From IMG/VR virus record IMGVR_UViG_3300042389_000329, positions 575 to 64,574 of that record: a stretch of DNA of 64,000 nucleotides; one strand, written 5' to 3'. The translations under genes and the position numbers were made by a program. The notes beneath the pieces were generated by a model. That model did no database searches and was not told the DNA's origin. It saw only the letters and a program-made list of their open reading frames with translations. Origin of the DNA: a virus. Its lineage: Duplodnaviria > Caudoviricetes. Of the stretch, positions 59,645 through 64,000 are shown one piece after another (position 1 is the stretch's first letter; every line of letters starts with the position of its first letter).

Positions 59645-59927
59645 CAGGATTCATTTCATCTTCTTGGTCTGGTGTCATCAAAGCCACCCACTTTTCTAAC
59701 GGGCAGGCACAAGATAGACACTTGGTCTTGGCAGACAGGGTGCATCCACAATGTGTGCAATGATCGTCTGGTCTGACAGTTTTGTAATTCTTTCTGTTTT
59801 TGGAATGATATTCACATCCAGCACAGATGGCCAGTCTTTGCTCACTGGTCTCCTGTATTGTACTCCTCAACTTCTTGGGCGGAATTAGGTTGTTCCTCCA
59901 GCCCTCGTAAATTTGGGAAACTATCAT
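59634..59927 (-). CDS. Zn-binding Cys-rich protein (97 aa)
   Basis: RLAICAGC...CTHCGC.L.AKT.C..C.CP..KW pattern. Confidence 0.75.
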   Translation of the reverse strand: MIVSQIYEGWRNNLIPPKKLRSTIQETSEQRLAICAGCEYHSKNRKNYKTVRPDDHCTHCGCTLSAKTKCLSCACPLEKWVALMTPDQEDEMNPDGK

Positions 59928-60303
59928 ATATCTTTGGTTTTAAATCTCTCATCCCATCCAACGCTGTTTGCAGCTTCAATTTAGCCGCCTGCCTTTTGGC
60001 TTCTGGCAATGTTTCGTCAGCCACCCATTTTTCAAACAACGCTTTTTGGCTCAAGAACTTCTCCATCATCTTATGCGCCTTCTTCTCGTTAAAGAAGAAC
60101 TTCCCAAACCCACTGATTTCCAAGCTCTTGTGTTGACCTAGCGCCTCATGTGCACTCTGGAACTGGTGATTCACCACAGCCTCTAGCACCTTTTCACTAA
60201 TCATCATTTTCACAGCCATTCTCCTAATTAGGTAGTCCTTAACAGAAAGGCTAATAGGCTTATCAGTGAACAAGTCTGATTTCAAGGGTGATGTCATTAT
60301 CAA
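59842..60303 (-). CDS. HU/IHF-like DNA-binding protein (start codon uncertain)
   Basis: Helix-helix then EALGQHKSLEISGFGKF histone-like fold signature. Confidence 0.75.
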   Translation of the reverse strand: MIMTSPLKSDLFTDKPISLSVKDYLIRRMAVKMMISEKVLEAVVNHQFQSAHEALGQHKSLEISGFGKFFFNEKKAHKMMEKFLSQKALFEKWVADETLPEAKRQAAKLKLQTALDGMRDLKPKIYDSFPNLRGLEEQPNSAQEVEEYNTGDQ

Positions 60304-60613
60304 AATTTAACACGATTTGTGGATTCACCTTCACCTTTGTTCCATCCTTCACCAGCACCCCTATCTTCTTGAGCCTAGAAATGATGTTATTTATGGAGGC
60401 ATTGGTGGTGCCATATTTCTCACAGAAATCCTTGCGTATGTTGGCGTAAGATATGTTACCCCTTACAGCAGCAAAGGCTAGGAGCTGTAGTTCCCTTTGT
60501 GTCAGCTTTAAATCGTTTACAGCAGACAGGATGGTATAATACCTCTCCGCTAAGAGGGCATTATCCTTCTCTATTTTCCTAAGCTTCTGTAAAACGATGT
60601 TAGTGGTTTTCAT
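60263..60613 (-). CDS. Winged-HTH DNA-binding protein (RepL/MarR-like, 116 aa), first gene of the late operon
   Basis: LTQRELQLL...TTNASINNIISRLKKIGVLVK...VNP pattern. Confidence 0.65.
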   Translation of the reverse strand: MKTTNIVLQKLRKIEKDNALLAERYYTILSAVNDLKLTQRELQLLAFAAVRGNISYANIRKDFCEKYGTTNASINNIISRLKKIGVLVKDGTKVKVNPQIVLNFDNDITLEIRLVH

Positions 60614-60627
60614 AGATTTAGTTAGTA

Positions 60628-60659
60628 CAAAGATAGGAACTATTTATAACATATTCAAA
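60628..60659 (-). promoter_or_regulatory. Consensus Bacteroidota promoter (TTTG-N20-TATCTTTG)
   Basis: Exact -33 and -7 elements ending 14 nt upstream of the ATG at 60613. Confidence 0.8.
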
Positions 60660-60779
60660 TACAATCTTTTACCCTATTGCTATATTATGTCTTATTTCCC
60701 TTATCTCTGTCCACCAGAAGGGGATGAAAAAGCTTATATATAAAGGAAGGAGATATAAGAATAACCCACCCAACCACCC

Positions 60780-60812
60780 CAAAGTTACAACATCCTCTAT
60801 ATAGATTCCAAA
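60780..60812 (-). promoter_or_regulatory. Second consensus Bacteroidota promoter (TTTG-N21-TAACTTTG)
   Basis: Exact elements, in tandem about 150 nt upstream of the first promoter. Confidence 0.65.
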
Positions 60813-60900
60813 TTTATTTTTTGCACAAGGTAGCGTGAAACACTACTTTATGCAAAATTCTACTATACCCCTATGTCCATATAAACACTCCCCCCTACCA

Positions 60901-60916
60901 GGTTTCACGTGGAACA
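60901..60916. promoter_or_regulatory. parS-like palindrome GGTTTCACGTGGAACA
   Basis: Reverse complement TGTTCCACGTGAAACC matches 15/16 of the parS consensus TGTTNCACGTGAAACA. Confidence 0.55.
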
Positions 60917-61061
60917 AGCCCCCCTGGTAAACTAACCTATTGAAAATCAATTGTGTGCATGGGAGGGGAGGGTACTTCCAACCAATACCCCTCTTATAAT
61001 TTGCAAAGTTGGGGGTGCCCCCGCACCTTCGACAATTATTAATCACTTAAACTTTTGTAAA

Positions 61062-61490
61062 ATGCCAGTAGCATTTAAAAAGTATCAGCGTGACACTACC
61101 GAGGTTAAGGAACTCGGTACTGTCAAAACCCTTGCAGGCAAGGGCGGTCGTGTAAAGTTCTTAAGAAAGAACTTTAAAGACAAGAGCAAGCAAGTTGCTC
61201 TCATTGTTGAGCGGAAAGACGGTGCTTCCGCTGTAATTCCCTGTTCAGTACAAGTTAGTCAACTTGTCCGTGAAGCAGAGATTACGATGCCTCAACTCAT
61301 TGGACTACAAGTCATTGAGTTTGACCATCGCGATAAAGTTGACCCTAAAACAGGTAAACCTGTTCGGGTTGCTGTTATCGCTGCACCACAGGGTGGTGGC
61401 ATTCAGGAATTCAACACTGACGAGTTGCAAGCAGAAGCTTTGGAACTGTCAGCAGAATTCCTGCCAGAAGGTTTGGTTACACTTGCGTGA
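61062..61490 (+). CDS. Hypothetical protein, first gene of the divergent plus-strand region (142 aa from ATG)
   Basis: ATG after an A-rich leader, biased codons, and a downstream terminator. The track's TTG start at 60951 is unlikely. Confidence 0.8.
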   Translation: MPVAFKKYQRDTTEVKELGTVKTLAGKGGRVKFLRKNFKDKSKQVALIVERKDGASAVIPCSVQVSQLVREAEITMPQLIGLQVIEFDHRDKVDPKTGKPVRVAVIAAPQGGGIQEFNTDELQAEALELSAEFLPEGLVTLA

Positions 61491-61512
61491 TAACCAATTC
61501 CTTCTGATAAGA

Positions 61513-61543
61513 AGAAAAAGGGACACAAATCCCTTTTTCTCTT
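61513..61543 (+). terminator. Intrinsic, possibly bidirectional, terminator
   Basis: AGAAAAAGGGA-CACAAA-TCCCTTTTTCT, an 11-bp stem. Confidence 0.7.
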
Positions 61544-61701
61544 ATATATATCTGCTACCTGAACACCGAAAACCAACGAAACACTGTTATAACTGATTGT
61601 GTTTCAGTGTGTTAGAGAGTGGTTGTGTGACCCATCACCACTTATAAGGGGTAAAACCAGACATCACTAAAACGCATGTCTACAGAGAATATATATAGCA
61701 T

Positions 61702-61898
61702 TAAATGTCTCTCTGGAAGCAAAATAATCGTCAACTGTAGTAAATATGCACGTTAGGGTTATTATGGCTATACAACACTGAGAGACATTTATTTTATTAC
61801 TAGCAGGTGTTAGGGCTAGTGCGTTCTATGTATACAGTATATACCATGTGAGAGGGTACAGTCTGCATCATCACGTCAGACATACTGGTATACATAGA
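61702..61898 (+). ncRNA. Candidate structured non-coding element (two long multi-branch stems)
   Basis: TAAATGTCTCTC/GAGAGACATTTA (12 bp), and TCTATGTATACAGTAT/ATACTGGTATACATAGA (16 bp, one bulge) enclosing two hairpins. Confidence 0.45.
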
Positions 61899-61920
61899 GG
61901 TCACCAAAAAAACGATTGTT

Positions 61921-62199
61921 ATGACAAAGACAGAGTTATTCAAGCTTATAGTTGATACATCTAGTGAGCTTGAAGAAGCCAAAGCTGAGATTAATAATGC
62001 CTCAGCACCAAGAGTTACCTATTCAGATATAGAAGATGTCAGCGATAGATATCAGTCTGCATTGGAATATCAATGGTGGTTAAGGGACCAAACAGAGCTC
62101 ATAGAGCATTTACAGAACCGTTTGGATGATCTAAGGGCTCAAATGGATAACTATGAGCACAAGGGGTATGAATTTGTTGTTGTTAATAAGAGCCTGTAA
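61921..62199 (+). CDS. Hypothetical coiled-coil protein (92 aa)
   Basis: ATG with AAAACGATTGTT leader, followed by a terminator. Confidence 0.75.
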   Translation: MTKTELFKLIVDTSSELEEAKAEINNASAPRVTYSDIEDVSDRYQSALEYQWWLRDQTELIEHLQNRLDDLRAQMDNYEHKGYEFVVVNKSL

Positions 62200-62216
62200 C
62201 AGGGCTCTTTTGTTTT
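62188..62216 (+). terminator. Intrinsic terminator
   Basis: AAGAGCC-TGTAACAG-GGCTCTT followed by a T-rich tail. Confidence 0.7.
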
Positions 62217-62218
62217 AA

Positions 62219-62345
62219 TGCACCATCCTAGCTTCCCAAGGGCTAGCGGTTGTAATAGATGAACAGTGAGATATCGTTACACAATACAGACTATGCTAGA
62301 CATAGGAACTTGTGTTATATCTATTACAACTGAGTGCAGAGGGAA
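62219..62345 (+). ncRNA. Candidate pseudoknotted three-way-junction RNA
   Basis: TGCAC/GTGCA, CTAGC/GCTAG and 12-bp GTTGTAATAGAT/ATCTATTACAAC stems. Loop TTCCC is complementary to 3' GGGAA. Confidence 0.55.
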
Positions 62346-62531
62346 ACATTAACCGTGGTTTCTTTACTGAAAAACGCATAACTAAAACAAAAGCTGCTAG
62401 AGTTAAATACGGATGCATACGTAAGGCATATGTCTGTAACAGCTTTGTTTATTGAACCTTCATAAAAACGGAAATCAATCAGAGTTGTAGGTTCTGTAGA
62501 TTAAACAGTTAATATATTAAATAAATTTGTT

Positions 62532-62801
62532 ATGAGTACAAACAACAAACATCTGTTCATATTTGACAATTCAATATGGACAGACGGGGCTATACTATCT
62601 ATGCCTAATGGGGATGTGATGGATTTTGGTAAATGTGCAGGCTTACATTGTAAGTTTAGGCTTATTGTATTTCCTACAATAGATCCTCAATATATAGAAG
62701 ATTATATTAATCAGAAGCTTATTGGATATGATAAGCAGATGGTTATCAACATAGTATCCTTAATAAACAATTACGTTAACAATTTAAAACAAAAAAGATG
62801 A
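62532..62801 (+). CDS. Hypothetical protein (89 aa)
   Basis: ATG with AT-rich leader; ATGA overlap with the next gene. Confidence 0.6.
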   Translation: MSTNNKHLFIFDNSIWTDGAILSMPNGDVMDFGKCAGLHCKFRLIVFPTIDPQYIEDYINQKLIGYDKQMVINIVSLINNYVNNLKQKR

Positions 62802-63118
62802 AACGTCAGCTTTTGGTAGAATTGGGCCTTGTATTGCCCAGATTGGTAAATGGTAGAGTGTGTGTAGTGGATGAAGAAAACTACACTTACCAAACTATTG
62901 CAATTGGTAGATACACCTATCTTAATCCAAACAATTGGAATCCAGAGGATTATGCAGTTCTTACAACACCTAAATACAGATGTGTTGTAATGGCAAAACC
63001 ATCTGATAAAGAGAGCTATTTGGTTAATAAAATGTATAGGAACATGCGTGGTCAGGATAGTGTATATCTTTCAAAGGACTATGCTAATACACAACATTTT
63101 GATGGATATAGTTTGTGA
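62798..63118 (+). CDS. Hypothetical protein (106 aa)
   Basis: ATG preceded by AACAATTTAAAAC motif. Confidence 0.7.
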   Translation: MKRQLLVELGLVLPRLVNGRVCVVDEENYTYQTIAIGRYTYLNPNNWNPEDYAVLTTPKYRCVVMAKPSDKESYLVNKMYRNMRGQDSVYLSKDYANTQHFDGYSL

Positions 63119-63233
63119 TTATAACCTTTGCAGGACTTTATCTATTAGACGTCATATAATAGAGGCTTTTTGGTGATGCAAAACCATATTTTTTTTCTAA
63201 TTCCTTAGTAATCAATCACTTAAAACGATTTCT

Positions 63234-63392
63234 ATGACATTTGAAGAAGCAAAAGATATGTATATGTTACATAGCATATCTCCAGAACTTACATGCACAT
63301 GTGATGAGCTTCATATGTGTCAGCAGTGTTCAGAAGACTTGAAGAACGAGTGTGATTTAAACTCGTTTGAATGTCAGTCACCTGAACAATAA
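63234..63392 (+). CDS. Small Cys-rich protein, 52 aa (not in ORF track)
   Basis: MTFEEAKDMYMLHSISPELTCTCDELHMCQQCSEDLKNECDLNSFECQSPEQ*, starting at the repeat's ATG. Confidence 0.7.
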   Translation: MTFEEAKDMYMLHSISPELTCTCDELHMCQQCSEDLKNECDLNSFECQSPEQ

Positions 63393-63426
63393 ATCCTTAT
63401 TAATCAACAATTTAAAACGATTTGCT

Positions 63427-63789
63427 ATGAAATTAGAACTTATTCGTAATGCTGACAATAAGATTGTTGGCTACAAGCTTCTTAAAGAGGCTACAGATGA
63501 CACATTTGCCATTGAATATGTTAGAGATATGATATTCTTTGGAATGGATGAGTGGGAGCTCACATATGATGGTAGAACAACAGATGATAATAATAACACT
63601 GTTGAGCTTAGATGGGCTACAAGAGAGCATAAAAGAAGGAAAAAAGAAGAAGAGGATGCAGGGTATGAAATGAGAAGGCCTTTATACGGTCATATTAGAC
63701 AATATGAGCCTGATAATAGATCCATCTATGGAATGCCGCATGAGGAATTGGTAGAACTGGCTGAAAAGTATGGTTATAAGAGCTCTTAA
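63427..63789 (+). CDS. Hypothetical protein (120 aa from ATG)
   Basis: The repeat motif defines the ATG at 63427 rather than the track's TTG at 63367. Confidence 0.75.
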   Translation: MKLELIRNADNKIVGYKLLKEATDDTFAIEYVRDMIFFGMDEWELTYDGRTTDDNNNTVELRWATREHKRRKKEEEDAGYEMRRPLYGHIRQYEPDNRSIYGMPHEELVELAEKYGYKSS

Positions 63790-63803
63790 TTGAGCTCTTT
63801 TTT
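63778..63803 (+). terminator. Intrinsic terminator
   Basis: AAGAGCTC-TTAATT-GAGCTCTT followed by TTTT. Confidence 0.75.
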
Positions 63804-63844
63804 CATATAATTCCTTATTAATCAACAATTTAAATTCATTTAAC

Positions 63845-64000
63845 ATGGTTGCACTCGCACTTTTTATTATCGTTGTGTGGACGCTAATGTTCACATTGGC
63901 CATCAGTAGAATGAGTGGTATTAATATTCGCTCAACATGGCAAGTTGTAGGCTTCTTTATTATTGCACCTCTCCTTAACATCGTTGTTCTCATTGGATGG
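63845..64000 (+). CDS. Small membrane protein, truncated at the window end
   Basis: MVALALFIIVVWTLMFTLAISRMSGINIRSTWQVVGFFIIAPLLNIVVLIGW..., with two hydrophobic segments; starts at the repeat's ATG. Confidence 0.65.
   Translation, partial: MVALALFIIVVWTLMFTLAISRMSGINIRSTWQVVGFFIIAPLLNIVVLIGW

Larger units (their letters stand above)
63199..63847 (+). repeat. Dispersed ~38-nt pre-ATG repeat AA(T/A)TCCTTA(T/G)TAATCAA-CAAT/TCAC-TTAAA...ATG (copies 63199-63236, 63391-63429, 63809-63847)
   Basis: Three near-identical copies, each ending at a start codon. Partial copies precede 61062 and 62798. Confidence 0.8.
1..64000. mobile_element. Crassvirales / phi14:2-like bacteriophage genome segment (late virion module plus start of divergent early region)
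   Basis: Gene order terminase-portal-scaffold-MCP-ring/auxiliary capsid-IHF-tail tube-muzzle-cargo-giant RNAP with DFDID. No host housekeeping genes and no integrase seen. Confidence 0.93.

Noticed and set aside
5771-60136. Numerous 60-200-aa plus-strand ORFs inside the late module
   Set aside because: They are antisense to long, motif-bearing minus-strand genes and have no independent signals.
60240-60303. Programmed frameshift fusing the HTH and HU-like genes
   Set aside because: The overlap is explained by available in-frame ATG/TTG starts, and no clear slippery heptamer with a stimulatory structure was seen.
62219-62345. Canonical HDV-like/theta ribozyme, hammerhead, TPP riboswitch or tRNA
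   Set aside because: No upstream P1 strand or nested P3 could be built, there is no CUGAUGA/GAAA core, and there is no cloverleaf or T-loop. Kept as an unassigned RNA.
63199-63847. CRISPR array or mini-array
   Set aside because: The repeats are separated by whole genes (150-380 nt), are degenerate, and end in start codons. No cas genes are present.
63682-63993. Minus-strand 103-aa ORF, and extended TTG starts at 60951 and 63367
   Set aside because: They conflict with the plus-strand motif-defined ATG starts and terminators.
1-64000. Stop-codon reassignment, as found in some Crassvirales
   Set aside because: Genes are long and densely packed under the standard code, and TAG and TGA both terminate plausible genes.

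Overview
The whole window is one lytic-type dsDNA phage genome segment of the Crassvirales / phi14:2-like lineage, probably infecting a Bacteroidota host. The host call rests on TTTG-N19-21-TAnnTTTG promoters and A-rich starts without Shine-Dalgarno sequences; the genetic code is standard. Positions 1-60613 are a minus-strand late/virion module. In transcription order it carries HTH and IHF-like genes, terminase, portal, scaffold, major capsid protein, ring and auxiliary capsid proteins, Cys/Thr-rich fibre proteins, a phosphoesterase, a split muzzle (tail stabilisation) gene, six ejected cargo proteins including a 4277-aa virion RNA polymerase (DFDID), and (Gly-Thr-Ser)n fibres. A divergent control region (about 60620-61060) precedes small plus-strand early-type genes, long hairpin blocks and a repeated upstream motif. 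Best leads: (1) two cargo proteins built from effector-like cassettes bounded by repeated A/M-Q-x-G(G) motifs; (2) head-to-tail terminal cysteines on otherwise nearly Cys-free cargo proteins, suggesting a disulfide chain; (3) a 15/16 parS-like site; (4) a pseudoknotted structured RNA; (5) a probable virion-delivered nucleotidyltransferase. All family calls come from motifs and gene order read by eye, not from database searches.
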